This document shows, one piece after another, positions 1 to 9,673 of a stretch of 51,141 nt of DNA (the stretch's first letter is position 1; every line of letters begins with the position of its first letter). The notes under the pieces were generated by a model, which did no database searches, was not told where the DNA came from, and saw nothing but the letters and a program-made list of their open reading frames with translations. Source of the DNA: Polyangiales bacterium (GTDB lineage: Bacteria; Myxococcota_A; Polyangia; Polyangiales; Houyiibacteriaceae); assembly GCA_045106895.1 (NCBI GenBank), contig JBGCFM010000135.1, positions 1 to 51,141 of the forward strand, in the 5' to 3' direction. A program made the position numbers and the translations under genes.

Positions 1-40
1 TGGGTGGGAGTGGCTCTCGGCCGTGGTTGTGGGCGCTCAT
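1..40 (-). CDS. 5' end of next gene of the Mrp operon (runs off window)
   Basis: ATG at 40, 3 bp after the stop at 44; frame MSAHNHGREPLPP open to the window edge. Confidence 0.4.
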   Translation of the reverse strand, partial: MSAHNHGREPLPP

Positions 41-43
41 TGG

Positions 44-1489
44 TTACCTCCCCACAATCGGGTTGAGGAGCGTGATGATGGCGTCGCCGAAGAAAAAGAG
101 CACGACACAGAGCGTCGCCGTGAGAACGAGCGGCGCCGTGCAGGCGAGGGGCGCTTCTTTGGCGTGAAGACCAGGCTTGGCTGGGAAGAAGAACGCACGG
201 ATTGGAATCGGGATTAGGTAGCCGATATTGAGGAGCGAACTGACCATGAGCACGGCGATGTAGAACGAATGCTCGTCCGCCGCGCCTAGAGCGATCATCC
301 ACTTGCTCCAGCTGCCGCCGGTGGGAGGAAGGCCGATGATGGAAAGAGACGCGATAAGGAACGCGCCCATGGTCCACGGCATGTATTTGCCCAACCCGTC
401 CAGGCGGCTGACGCGAGTCTCATGGGCAAAAACGATGATGGCCCCAGCGCAGAAGAAGAGGGTGATCTTGCCCACGGCGTGCGTGGCGATGTGCATGGCG
501 CCACCGAGAACCGCATCTTCCGTGGCGAGCGCCGCGCCGAGCGTGATGTACGCGAGCTGGGCAATCGTGGAGTAAGCCAGGCGGGCCTTGAGGTTGTCTT
601 GCGTGAACGCGATGAGCGAGCCGGCGATGATGGTGAAGGCCGCGACGGCCATGAGCCACTCGCTGGCGCCGGTGCGCTGAAGCAGCCCCAACCCAAAGAT
701 GTAGACGACGACTTTGAGGATGGTGAAGACGCCGGCTTTGACGACCGCGACGGCATGGAGCAACGCCGAGACCGGAGTCGGCGCGACCATCGCGTTGGGC
801 AACCACCGATGGAGCGGCATGAGCGCCGCCTTTCCGGCGCCGTACGCGTAGAGACCCAGCAAGATAGGAAGCGCCGCGTCGCTGACGTACCCATCGAGGA
901 TGCCGCCGATACGGAAGTCCAGCGTGCCCGTCATGTGGAAGGTCCACACGATGGCCATGAGCAAGAAACACACGCTGGTGGTGATGAGGATGCCGAGGTA
1001 AACGCGACCGGCCTTCTTGGCTTCGGCGTTTTGACTGTGTGTGACCAGCGGGTAGGTGGAGAGCGTCAACACTTCGTAGAAGAAGAAGAGCGTGCCTAGG
1101 TTTGCAGCGAAGGCGATGCCGAGGGCCGCAAAGATCGCAAGAGCGAAGCAGACAAAGAAGCGCGTCTGGTTTTTCTCGTGGTGACCACGCAAATACCCCG
1201 CAGCGTAGGAACTCGTGACCGGCCAAAGGCCTGCGGCGACCAACGCGTAAAGCATGCCGAGGGGTTCGACGCGGAACGCGAGCGGTATGCCGGGCAGGAA
1301 CTCGAACACGGTCCACTCGGGCTGATAACCCCGCAGAACAGGTGGAACGAGGAGCGCGACGCAAACAAGCGTCACGATGCTCGCGAGCGCCGTCATTCCT
1401 TCGCGCAGATTCGGGGAGCGTCCCGTTCGTGAAACCAGGAGTGCACCGACGAGTGGCGCCGCGAGGGCCGCCGGGATGAGCATGTTCAT
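44..1489 (-). CDS. mrpD: Mrp antiporter subunit D-like proton-conducting membrane transporter (second copy)
   Basis: FFYEVLTLSTYPLV, KAALMPLHRWLPNAMVAPTPVSALLHAVAVVKAG, LKARLAYSTIAQL; start re-called to ATG 1489 (ATGA overlap with upstream stop). Confidence 0.85.
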   Translation of the reverse strand: MNMLIPAALAAPLVGALLVSRTGRSPNLREGMTALASIVTLVCVALLVPPVLRGYQPEWTVFEFLPGIPLAFRVEPLGMLYALVAAGLWPVTSSYAAGYLRGHHEKNQTRFFVCFALAIFAALGIAFAANLGTLFFFYEVLTLSTYPLVTHSQNAEAKKAGRVYLGILITTSVCFLLMAIVWTFHMTGTLDFRIGGILDGYVSDAALPILLGLYAYGAGKAALMPLHRWLPNAMVAPTPVSALLHAVAVVKAGVFTILKVVVYIFGLGLLQRTGASEWLMAVAAFTIIAGSLIAFTQDNLKARLAYSTIAQLAYITLGAALATEDAVLGGAMHIATHAVGKITLFFCAGAIIVFAHETRVSRLDGLGKYMPWTMGAFLIASLSIIGLPPTGGSWSKWMIALGAADEHSFYIAVLMVSSLLNIGYLIPIPIRAFFFPAKPGLHAKEAPLACTAPLVLTATLCVVLFFFGDAIITLLNPIVGR

Positions 1490-2997
1490 TGGGCGCTCCC
1501 AATCAGCTCTGCGCCGCGGAAGAGTTGTGCAGAGGCTTCCCCCACGAACGAAGTCAATGGCTCTGAGTAGACACCCATCACGATGCTGGCGCCGAGGAGG
1601 ATGAAGGCGGGGCCGGCCAGCTTCCAGGAGGGCGTCGGGTCCGCCGAGGGAGTGGCGTTCGCTGGAGGGTCCTGCAGGTACATCGTCTCCACCACGCGCC
1701 ATACGTAGACGACCGCGATGAGGCTGCTCAAGAGCGCCGCCGCGGCCAAGAGCGGGTGCCCCGAGGCGAGGGACGCTTTGAGAAGGGCCCACTTGCTCAC
1801 GAAGCCAGCGGTCCCGGGAATGCCGATGAGACCGATACCGCCGAGAACGAAACCGAAGGCGATGACCGGATGGCGCTTTCCGTACCCTCGGAGCCGCGAG
1901 ATGCGGTCACAGCCAACCGTCGCGACCATCGCGGCCACGATGAGGAAGAGGCCTGACTTGGTCACGCCGTGGGCGCAGAGGTGAAGGAGGCCTGCGGAGA
2001 GACCGTCTTCTGTGCCGAGGCTCAGAGCGAGCGTTAGGTAGCCCACCTGTCCGATGGAGGAGTACGCGAGGAGGCGCTTGAGACTCGATTGGTACACCGC
2101 CGAGAGCGAGCCGCCGAACATTCCGAGAAGCGAAAGCGCCGCCAAGATGCGACCAAAATGAAGGCCCTCAAATACGTACGCGACGCCGAATAGGCCGACG
2201 ATGGCGCGAATCAGCTGGAAGTAGATGACCTTCGTGGCGGTACCCGCGAGGAAGGCGCCGACGGCGGACGGCGACTCGGCGTAGGCACCAGGAAGCCACT
2301 GGTGCAGGGGGAAGACCGCGAGCTTGATGGCGAGTCCCGTGGCGACGAAGGCAAAGGCGACGTGAAGAGTACGCGACGGGTCGTCGGCGCTGATTCGGGC
2401 GGCGATGTCCGCGGCGTTGAGGGAGCCCGTGACCTGAAACAGCAGGCCGATACCCAGCAACATGAAGGTGCCGCCGATGGTGCCGAGCACGAGGTAGTTG
2501 AAGCTCGCGGAGAACGCGCGTCGCGAGCGGCCCATGGCCACAAGCGTGTAGGTCGAGAGCGAGCTGATCTCGAGGAAAACGAAGACGTTGAAGGCATCAC
2601 CCGTCGTCGCCATGCCGAGGAGACCTGCGAGGCAGAGCAAGTACGCGGCAAAAAACAGATGTTGGCGTCCATCCACGACTTCGCGACGAGTGAAGTGTGT
2701 GCCAGCGAGGATGGCGATGAACGCGACGGACGACACGAGCGCGGCTACAAGAGCGCTCGCTTTCGTCACGCGGTACTCGATGCCATAGGGCGCGGCCCAG
2801 CCGCCGAGCTGGTAGCTGAGGGGCGCTTCGAGGTGACCCGTCCACTGAACGAGACCAAAGGCGATGCACGCCGTGGCGAAGACCGCCGCAGACGCCAGGA
2901 GACGTGCCGCGAAGGCGTGGCGCGCGAGGGCCACGAGCGGAGCCGCCAGCAGAGGCGTGATGACGAGGAGCACCGGAAGGTGTTCAAGGAAGGTCAT
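1486..2997 (-). CDS. mrpD: Mrp Na+/H+ antiporter subunit D
   Basis: GDAFNVFVFLEISSL, KLAVFPLHQWLPGAYAESP, LKRLLAYSSIGQVGY; polytopic membrane protein. Confidence 0.9.
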   Translation of the reverse strand: MTFLEHLPVLLVITPLLAAPLVALARHAFAARLLASAAVFATACIAFGLVQWTGHLEAPLSYQLGGWAAPYGIEYRVTKASALVAALVSSVAFIAILAGTHFTRREVVDGRQHLFFAAYLLCLAGLLGMATTGDAFNVFVFLEISSLSTYTLVAMGRSRRAFSASFNYLVLGTIGGTFMLLGIGLLFQVTGSLNAADIAARISADDPSRTLHVAFAFVATGLAIKLAVFPLHQWLPGAYAESPSAVGAFLAGTATKVIYFQLIRAIVGLFGVAYVFEGLHFGRILAALSLLGMFGGSLSAVYQSSLKRLLAYSSIGQVGYLTLALSLGTEDGLSAGLLHLCAHGVTKSGLFLIVAAMVATVGCDRISRLRGYGKRHPVIAFGFVLGGIGLIGIPGTAGFVSKWALLKASLASGHPLLAAAALLSSLIAVVYVWRVVETMYLQDPPANATPSADPTPSWKLAGPAFILLGASIVMGVYSEPLTSFVGEASAQLFRGAELIGSAQ

Positions 2998-3443
2998 GCG
3001 ACACCTCCAGCAGCTTCTTCCGCGAGGTGCTCTTCGGCTTCTTCCGCGGCACGCTCAAGCTCTTCGTCGGCGCGGTCCGCTTCGAGGACTTCGTTTTCTT
3101 CGCTCGTGCCGTAGGCTTCACGGATGCGCACGACGAGGGCGAGGCCGAGCGCTGTCGTCGCGACGCCAACGACGATGGCTGTGAGCATCAGAACGTGGGG
3201 GAGGGGGTTGGAGTAGACGACGTCCAAATCGACGCCGCCTTCGCCGTCGGGAAGATAGACCGGCGCGGTGCCACCATCGATCTTGCCCATCGAAACGTAG
3301 AACATGATGACGGCGACCTGGAACATGCTCAGGCCCATGAGCTTCTTCACGAAGTGGCGCTTCGCGATGACGGTCCAGAGTCCCGTCATCATCAGAAAGA
3401 TGACGGCGCCGTAGTGCCAGAGGTCGATAAGCGGATGACTCAT
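2994..3443 (-). CDS. mrpC: Mrp antiporter subunit C
   Basis: KKLMGL and NPLPHVLMLTAIVVGVATTALGLAL...YGT; acidic C-terminal tail. Confidence 0.92.
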   Translation of the reverse strand: MSHPLIDLWHYGAVIFLMMTGLWTVIAKRHFVKKLMGLSMFQVAVIMFYVSMGKIDGGTAPVYLPDGEGGVDLDVVYSNPLPHVLMLTAIVVGVATTALGLALVVRIREAYGTSEENEVLEADRADEELERAAEEAEEHLAEEAAGGVA

Positions 3444-4456
3444 CGAGGTACCCCCGACCCAACACGCGGGCGAACGCTGAAGAGGAAGTAGATGATCATC
3501 ATCACGGCGCTGACGGTGATGCCGACGCCGACCTCAACGAGGAAGATGCCGTAATGTTGGCCGTGCTCTGGATGCGCGGGGCTTAGCGCCGAGTAGTCGA
3601 GGAAGGGAAAACCCGCGAGGAGGCAAAAGAGGCCGACGCCTCCATAGAGGAGAACGCCGGAGGCCATGAGGACCTGCACCGGGCGGCCGCCGACGAAGCG
3701 CTGCAACGCACCGGGGCCCCACACGAGGCCGTAGAGGATGAAGCCCGATGCGAAGATGACGCCGGCCTGAAATCCGCCGCCGGGCCCGAAGTCGCCATGG
3801 GCCTGGACGTAGAGGGCGAAGAGCAAGATGTACGGAAGCATCACCTTGGAGATAGAGCGCAGAACCGGCATCTCGCGCACGTAAGGGGCACGCGATTTCG
3901 CAGGAACGGCCGAGGCCTCCGACGAGAAGATTCCCTTTTGCTGAAGCAAAAGAGTGACCCCGGTGCCGGCGGTAAAGACCACGGCGAGCTCTCCAAAGGT
4001 GTCGTATCCGCGGTAGCTCGCGAGGATGGCCGTGACCATGTTCGGGATGCCGATGTCGCGGTAGGAGGTGTCGATGAAGTGTCGGGCGACGTGCGTGTGA
4101 ATCGGCGCGTCGGCGACGCCCCAAATCGGCATGTCGAGCGTTCCATAGATGAGCGCGCCGCCGGTGAGGAGCACGACCAGCGTGGCGCCGATGGGCCGGT
4201 GAAACCCAGGCTTCTCCTTGTCCTTCGTCAGAGCGAGCGTCGCCAAGAACAGCACCGTGGAGATGCCCGCGCCAACGGCGGCTTCCGTGAACGCGACATC
4301 CACAGCGTCCATGAGCGTGAAAAGGGCGGCGGACACCAAGCTAAAGATGCCCGTGAGCATTCCGGCGGCGAAGAGGTCGCGCTGGAGTGTGATCGTGACG
4401 GCGAGGACACCGAGGAACACGAAGAAGACGGCTTCGAGTGGAAAGAAACCTAGCAT
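3440..4456 (-). CDS. mrpB: Mrp antiporter subunit B with N-terminal DUF4040-type domain
   Basis: AVDVAFTEAAVGAG, PNMVTAILASYRGYDTFGE, HGDFGPGGGFQAG. Confidence 0.9.
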   Translation of the reverse strand: MLGFFPLEAVFFVFLGVLAVTITLQRDLFAAGMLTGIFSLVSAALFTLMDAVDVAFTEAAVGAGISTVLFLATLALTKDKEKPGFHRPIGATLVVLLTGGALIYGTLDMPIWGVADAPIHTHVARHFIDTSYRDIGIPNMVTAILASYRGYDTFGELAVVFTAGTGVTLLLQQKGIFSSEASAVPAKSRAPYVREMPVLRSISKVMLPYILLFALYVQAHGDFGPGGGFQAGVIFASGFILYGLVWGPGALQRFVGGRPVQVLMASGVLLYGGVGLFCLLAGFPFLDYSALSPAHPEHGQHYGIFLVEVGVGITVSAVMMIIYFLFSVRPRVGSGVPR

Positions 4457-4499
4457 CGCGTCGCCTTCGAGCGGGCCATTGAAACGCTGAACCTTCGCT

Positions 4500-4874
4500 T
4501 CACGACGATGCGCCTTCCGCGGCGGCGGCAGCTTCCTGGGCCGCTTCTTCGTCGAGGTGTGTCCAGTCTTTGATCTCCGGCCGGTGCAGTTTGATGCCCC
4601 GCGCGTAGGCGGCCTTTACCAACGCGTGTGTGGAGGCGACGCTTGAGAGCCAGAGAAAAACCAGAATGGTCAGGAGCTTGAACGCAATCAGCGGCTCACT
4701 CACGAAGCAAAGCCCGACGAGGATTCCGGCGGCACCGGCACTATCCGTGACGCCCGCTGCGTGACAGCGGCTGTAAAAACCACGAAGCCGCAACAGGCCG
4801 ATGGCGCCTACCACGCAGAAGAACGAGCCACCGCCAATGAGAATCGTCGCGATGATGTCGAGGGCTAGCGTCAT
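4500..4874 (-). CDS. mrpG: Mrp antiporter subunit G
   Basis: GAIGLLRLRGFYSRCHAAGVTD, STHALVKAAY; start re-called to ATG 4874 overlapping the mrpF stop. Confidence 0.9.
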   Translation of the reverse strand: MTLALDIIATILIGGGSFFCVVGAIGLLRLRGFYSRCHAAGVTDSAGAAGILVGLCFVSEPLIAFKLLTILVFLWLSSVASTHALVKAAYARGIKLHRPEIKDWTHLDEEAAQEAAAAAEGASS

Positions 4875-5173
4875 TCGGGGTCCGCCTCTGGCTCCGCCTC
4901 GCGTGGCGCGACGGACCCGTATTTGGAGAAGCGGAGGACCGCGAGGGTTCCTACGAAGTTGATGAGCACGTAGGTGATCGAAAGGTCGAGCCACTCCGGT
5001 CGGCCAAAGAGGTAGCCACTGAGCGCGATGAGCAGGACGGTCTTGGTACCGAAGGCGTTGAGCGCGAGAATTCGATCGTAGACGGTGGGCCCGAGCGTTG
5101 AACGAATGAGCGCGAGCGCCATGGTCACGACGACCGCTGCCGTCGCGGCGGCATAGACATACTGCATATTCAT
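4871..5173 (-). CDS. mrpF: Mrp antiporter subunit F
   Basis: GPTVYDRILALN, LDLSITYVLINFVGTLA. Confidence 0.92.
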   Translation of the reverse strand: MNMQYVYAAATAAVVVTMALALIRSTLGPTVYDRILALNAFGTKTVLLIALSGYLFGRPEWLDLSITYVLINFVGTLAVLRFSKYGSVAPREAEPEADPE

Positions 5174-5694
5174 GCGGGGATGTCCTTGGAGTCATCGTGG
5201 GGAACGACGTCTTCGATGACCTTGGACTCAAGCCAGGAGATGATCTTCGATGTCGCACCGGCGCTATCCTTCGACGCCATGTCCTCGCTCAGCGCGTGTA
5301 CAAGGATCACGTCGTCCTGGATATCGAGGGCGATGGTCCCGGGGGTGATGGTGATCGTGTTGGCGTACATCACTTTGCCCAGACTCGTCCGCTGAGGCGC
5401 GGCCACACGGATGAGGTGAGGGTGGGTCTTGAGCTTCGGGCTCAGGATCAGTTTTGCGGCCTGAATGTTCGCGAGGAGCACTTCCCACACCAACCAAGGG
5501 ATATAGCGGAGCAGCCTAAGGTTGATCTCGTAGGGCTGCCCTTCGGAGTCGAGGACGCCGAGGCGATTCACCATGAAGGTGGTGAAGAGAATCGCGAAGA
5601 ACCCAAACCCCACGACGATCGGGTTGTCCAAGATCCCCGACCAAAGGATCCAGACAGCGCTCAGAATTAAGACGGTGATGGCTCGGCGAAGCAT
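5170..5694 (-). CDS. mrpE: Mrp antiporter subunit E
   Basis: WEVLLANIQAAK, YANTITITPGTIAL, VHAL. Confidence 0.92.
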   Translation of the reverse strand: MLRRAITVLILSAVWILWSGILDNPIVVGFGFFAILFTTFMVNRLGVLDSEGQPYEINLRLLRYIPWLVWEVLLANIQAAKLILSPKLKTHPHLIRVAAPQRTSLGKVMYANTITITPGTIALDIQDDVILVHALSEDMASKDSAGATSKIISWLESKVIEDVVPHDDSKDIPA

Positions 5695-5712
5695 GGGGTT
5701 CTCGGCGCGGCG

Positions 5713-5721
5713 ACGATAGCA
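5713..5721 (-). promoter_or_regulatory. Candidate extended -10 promoter for the mrp operon
   Basis: TGC-TATCGT ending 18 bp upstream of the mrpE ATG. Confidence 0.35.
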
Positions 5722-5785
5722 GGAGATTGGGAACGCTGGGCGCCTATGACGTCGGAAACGTCCGTTTTCGCAGATGCCTTAGGCC

Positions 5786-6361
5786 CTAGCGGCGGAATTC
5801 GCTCAAGTGCGTGATGTACCAGTGATCGCCCCAGGAGATCATGGTTCGGACCTCGAAGCGATGCTCGCGCTCGCCTACTCGGTAGTAGAGCCAGTTGTGA
5901 CGCTGAGCCCAGTACGGCAGGCGGTTGGATTCTTCTCGAAGTCCCACCCAGCCACGACGGCGTGAGAATTCGAAGCGGAGGAATTCAGCGTCAGCGGCAT
6001 TTTCGCCTAACTCTGCGTGAAGCTCGTGCACGTCGCGCTCGAATAGACGAATCATCCTCGCATGAAGAGCGTCGGGGTCCGAGATTCCTTTGACCGCGCG
6101 AAACACATCCTGGGGAATGAAAAAGCCCATCCCGGCCTCAGGGCTGTCGGCCTTCAGCGCGTCGAAAAGCACACGGGCGTCGGCCTCGACGTTGTTGGGC
6201 CCTGGACGCCTCGGCGCGCTTTCGAGGCTCGCTTGATTGCCCTCGGGGACCGGAATTTCGATCCTCTGGGCCTGACCCACCGCGGGCACGAGGAGGCTGC
6301 CAGCGGCGATGGCGCCGAGCTGACAGAAGCGACGGCGCTCAAGCATACGTTCTTCAGGCAT
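5786..6361 (-). CDS. Hypothetical protein with twin-arginine (Tat) signal peptide
   Basis: ERRRFCQLGAIAAGSLLVPAVGQA; 9 bp after the RND stop; alternative start at 6346. Confidence 0.75.
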   Translation of the reverse strand: MPEERMLERRRFCQLGAIAAGSLLVPAVGQAQRIEIPVPEGNQASLESAPRRPGPNNVEADARVLFDALKADSPEAGMGFFIPQDVFRAVKGISDPDALHARMIRLFERDVHELHAELGENAADAEFLRFEFSRRRGWVGLREESNRLPYWAQRHNWLYYRVGEREHRFEVRTMISWGDHWYITHLSEFRR

Positions 6362-6370
6362 GATCCGGGT

Positions 6371-9300
6371 CTAGCCCGACTTACTGACCTTTTCCAGCTG
6401 AAGGCCGGCGGGGGAAAAGCTCAGCTCCGTGGCCGTGGGAAGCTCCGCCTCCGCCACCCCGATGCTCCTCGCGACGAACGCGACAGGTCGCGCCAACCGG
6501 TTCTTGATGTCTTCGAGGATCAAGTAGAGCGAGGGCACGAGCAATAGCAGGACGAAGGTCGCAAAGAGGACACCGAATGCGAGCGACACGGCCATCGGGA
6601 CGAGGAAGCGCGCCTGCACCGAGGGTTCGAGAATCATCGGCACCAAGCCGAAAAATGTGGTGAGTGACGTGAGCAGAATAGGGCGAAAGCGCTGCTTGGC
6701 GCCGCCGATGACGGAGTCCCAGATGGAGTAGCCCTCTTCGCGCATCTCGTTGACGCGCACAATTAATATCAGGGAGTCATTCACGACGACCCCCGATAGC
6801 GCCACCATGCCCATCACACTGATGATACTGAGATCGAACTCCATGAAGAGGTGACCGAGGAACGCCCCGACGAAGCCGAAAGGAATCGCGCTGAGCACCA
6901 AGAGCGGCTGTGCATAGCTGCGGAACGGGATGGCGAGGAGGCCGAACACAATGAAGAAGGCGAGTCCAAAACCAGTTTTGAGCGCGGCGAAAGTCTCGGC
7001 CCAGTCTTTTTGTTCACCACCGAGCTCGTAGGTTAGTCCGCCGGTCTCTGCGAGCAGCTGCGGAAGCTCCTCGCCTCGCAACGACGCAAGAATCTCCGTC
7101 GCGTTGCCGACTCCATCGATAATGTCGCCGGTGACGCTGATGACGCGGCGGCCGTTGATACGCGTGATGGACGTATACGCTCGACCGCGTTCGATGTCTG
7201 CAGCGTCGGCGAGGAGCATCTCGCCTCCGTCCGGCGTTTGCACGATGAGGCGCTCGACGTCGCTGAGGGACTCGCGCTCCTCCAGAGGACGACGCACGTA
7301 CACGCGTAGCTCGTCGCGACCTCGCTGCTGCCGGGACGCCTCGGCGCCGTAGTAAGCGTTGCGGATTTGACGAGCCAGCATGAGCTCGGTGAGTCCCCTC
7401 GCGCGCCCCTCCGTCGTCAGGTTGAGGTCGATCTGTTCCTTGCCGAGGGACACGCCGCTGTCGACGTCACGTGTTCCTTCGATACCTCCGATGGTGTCCG
7501 CGAGATCCTGCGCGGCGACTTCGAGGATTTCGCTGTCCGAATGACTCAGGCGAATGTCGATGGGTTGCCCGGCGCTTCCACCCAGTGAGTAACGGAAGTT
7601 CAGGTTTTCCGCGCCGGGGATTTCTCCGATGCGCGCGCGCCACTGTTCGGCGAGTTGGGAGGTGGTGACGTCCCGCTGGTCGCTCTCCACGAGCTGAATG
7701 CGAACATTCGCCATGTGACTCGCGGCGGCGCCGGCTCTCGATGTTGGGCCGGAGCCCGCTGAACCCCCAGCGCCAGCCTCACTGAAGATGCCTTCCAGAA
7801 TCGCTTCGCCGCCGGACGCGTCCACGACTTCACGTGCCGTCCGCGTCATCAGCTCAGTGAGCTCGCGGGTCTGTTCGAAGGGCGTTCCGACCGGCATGCG
7901 GAGGCTCGCGGAGACGACGTCGCCCTCGATCTTCGGCATCGGCGTAAAGCTCATTCGGCCACCGGCGAGGGAGCCAACGACGACGAGCATGAAGATCATC
8001 ACGGAGGTGGCCAGCGTTAGATAGCGCCATCGAATGGCGACGCGAAGGATGGGCTCGAAGACCTTGTCGATGAAGGTCAGCAGTCGCTCGTGGATCTTTA
8101 GCTTTTGAAGCAACTCAAGGGGGTAGAGCAGCGGGGCGAGGAGGCCCCGCAACCAGAAAGGCATGGCGTGGCTCAAGTGCGCCGGCAGAACCAAGAGTGA
8201 CTCCGCAAGGGAGATCAAGAGGACCGAAATGACGACGATAGGAATGTTCCGGAAGAACTTTCCGGAGACGCCTGGAATGAACAGGAGCGGCGCGAAGAAC
8301 ACACATGTCGTGAGAATGGAGAAGACCACCGGCACGGACACCGACTTGGCGCCGACAACGGCTGCGCGCAGTCGCGACTTGCCTTGCTGCCGCATCTGGT
8401 AGACGGACTCGCCCACCACGATGGCATCATCGACGACCATGCCCAGCGTCACGATGAACGCGAAGAGCGAGATCATGTTCAGGGAAACGTCCGCCGCCGG
8501 CAGGAAGAGAAGCGAGCCTGCGAAGCTGATTGGAATGCCGAGGGTCACCCAGAAGGCGAGGCGCGGCTCAAGGAAGAGGCCGAGCACCAAGAGCACGAGC
8601 GCGAGACCCATAAAGGCGTTGCGCAAGAGGAGGTCGATACGTGCGGCGTAGATCTCGGACGCATCGTTCCAAGTGACGACGCCGACACCGGGAGGCAAGT
8701 TCGCGGCGTTCGCTTCGATCCAAGCTTTGGCCGCATCCGCGACTTCGATGGGGGACTGCTCACCGATCCGGTAGATGTTGACCATCGCCGCGCGCTGCCC
8801 GTTAAAGCTCGCCTCGCGGTCGACCTCGCGGAAGCCGTCGGTAACCGTCGCGACATCACCGACCCGGAGTTCGCTCCCGTCGGGGCGGCTACGAATGACG
8901 ATGTCTTCGATCTCCGCCCCCGTTTCGCGACGCGCCGCGGTGCGGAGAAGCACCTCCCCGGCGCTTGTTCGAATTCCGCCCGCGGGCAGGTCGATGGACG
9001 AGCCTCGAATGGCCTCGGCGATTTGGCCGATGGTCATGCGATTTGCACGGAGCGAGGCCTGGGACGCCTCCACGCTGATCTCGAGTGGTCGGACGCCGCT
9101 TACGTCGGTGAGTGTGATCTTCGGGCTGCTGCTCGTAAGGTCGTCGCGGGTTTGCTCCGCGAGCTCACGCAGAGAGGACTCGCTGATGTCGCCGTAGAGG
9201 ACGACGGAGATCACCTGCTGCTGGTTGACGGCGAGGGAGATGACAGGCCGCTCGATGTCCTCGGGCATCGAGGTGATGCGGTCCACGGCGGCTTTGACGT

Positions 9301-9673
9301 CGTTGAGCGCGCGGTCTTGCTCCGCCCCGGTGAGGAGTTTCACGACGACGGTGCTGACCCCCTCGCCGGATGTTGAGGTGACCTCATCGACGCCCTCGAG
9401 ACCGCGGACGGCCTCCTCAAGGGCAAGGGTCACGCCCGTCTCCACCTCTTCCGGGCTCGCGCCAGGATATGGAACTTGAATCACGATGCGTTCGAGGCTG
9501 ACCTCCGGAAATACCTCCTGCTTGAGGCGCGTCAGCATCGCCAGGCCACCGAGAATCAGGACGATCATCAGGACGTTGGACGCGACACGATTTCGCGCGA
9601 ACCAGGCGACAGGCCCCTTCTTGGGGATCGCGGTGGTCTCTCCCTCTTCGATGGAGTCTACTTCTTCGCTCAT
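6371..9673 (-). CDS. RND efflux permease (AcrB/AcrD/AcrF family)
   Basis: 1100 aa; YPGASPEEVE, LGMVVDDAIVVGE, RFRPILLTSLTTFFGLVP. Confidence 0.95.
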   Translation of the reverse strand: MSEEVDSIEEGETTAIPKKGPVAWFARNRVASNVLMIVLILGGLAMLTRLKQEVFPEVSLERIVIQVPYPGASPEEVETGVTLALEEAVRGLEGVDEVTSTSGEGVSTVVVKLLTGAEQDRALNDVKAAVDRITSMPEDIERPVISLAVNQQQVISVVLYGDISESSLRELAEQTRDDLTSSSPKITLTDVSGVRPLEISVEASQASLRANRMTIGQIAEAIRGSSIDLPAGGIRTSAGEVLLRTAARRETGAEIEDIVIRSRPDGSELRVGDVATVTDGFREVDREASFNGQRAAMVNIYRIGEQSPIEVADAAKAWIEANAANLPPGVGVVTWNDASEIYAARIDLLLRNAFMGLALVLLVLGLFLEPRLAFWVTLGIPISFAGSLLFLPAADVSLNMISLFAFIVTLGMVVDDAIVVGESVYQMRQQGKSRLRAAVVGAKSVSVPVVFSILTTCVFFAPLLFIPGVSGKFFRNIPIVVISVLLISLAESLLVLPAHLSHAMPFWLRGLLAPLLYPLELLQKLKIHERLLTFIDKVFEPILRVAIRWRYLTLATSVMIFMLVVVGSLAGGRMSFTPMPKIEGDVVSASLRMPVGTPFEQTRELTELMTRTAREVVDASGGEAILEGIFSEAGAGGSAGSGPTSRAGAAASHMANVRIQLVESDQRDVTTSQLAEQWRARIGEIPGAENLNFRYSLGGSAGQPIDIRLSHSDSEILEVAAQDLADTIGGIEGTRDVDSGVSLGKEQIDLNLTTEGRARGLTELMLARQIRNAYYGAEASRQQRGRDELRVYVRRPLEERESLSDVERLIVQTPDGGEMLLADAADIERGRAYTSITRINGRRVISVTGDIIDGVGNATEILASLRGEELPQLLAETGGLTYELGGEQKDWAETFAALKTGFGLAFFIVFGLLAIPFRSYAQPLLVLSAIPFGFVGAFLGHLFMEFDLSIISVMGMVALSGVVVNDSLILIVRVNEMREEGYSIWDSVIGGAKQRFRPILLTSLTTFFGLVPMILEPSVQARFLVPMAVSLAFGVLFATFVLLLLVPSLYLILEDIKNRLARPVAFVARSIGVAEAELPTATELSFSPAGLQLEKVSKSG

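Noticed and set aside
1490..1792. 100-aa N-terminal extension of the second MrpD in the ORF track
   Set aside because: Overlaps the upstream mrpD; ATG 1489 gives the usual 4-bp coupling. The same artefact affects track starts for mrpG, OMF, clpX, rnj, radA, PilZ and the sigma factor
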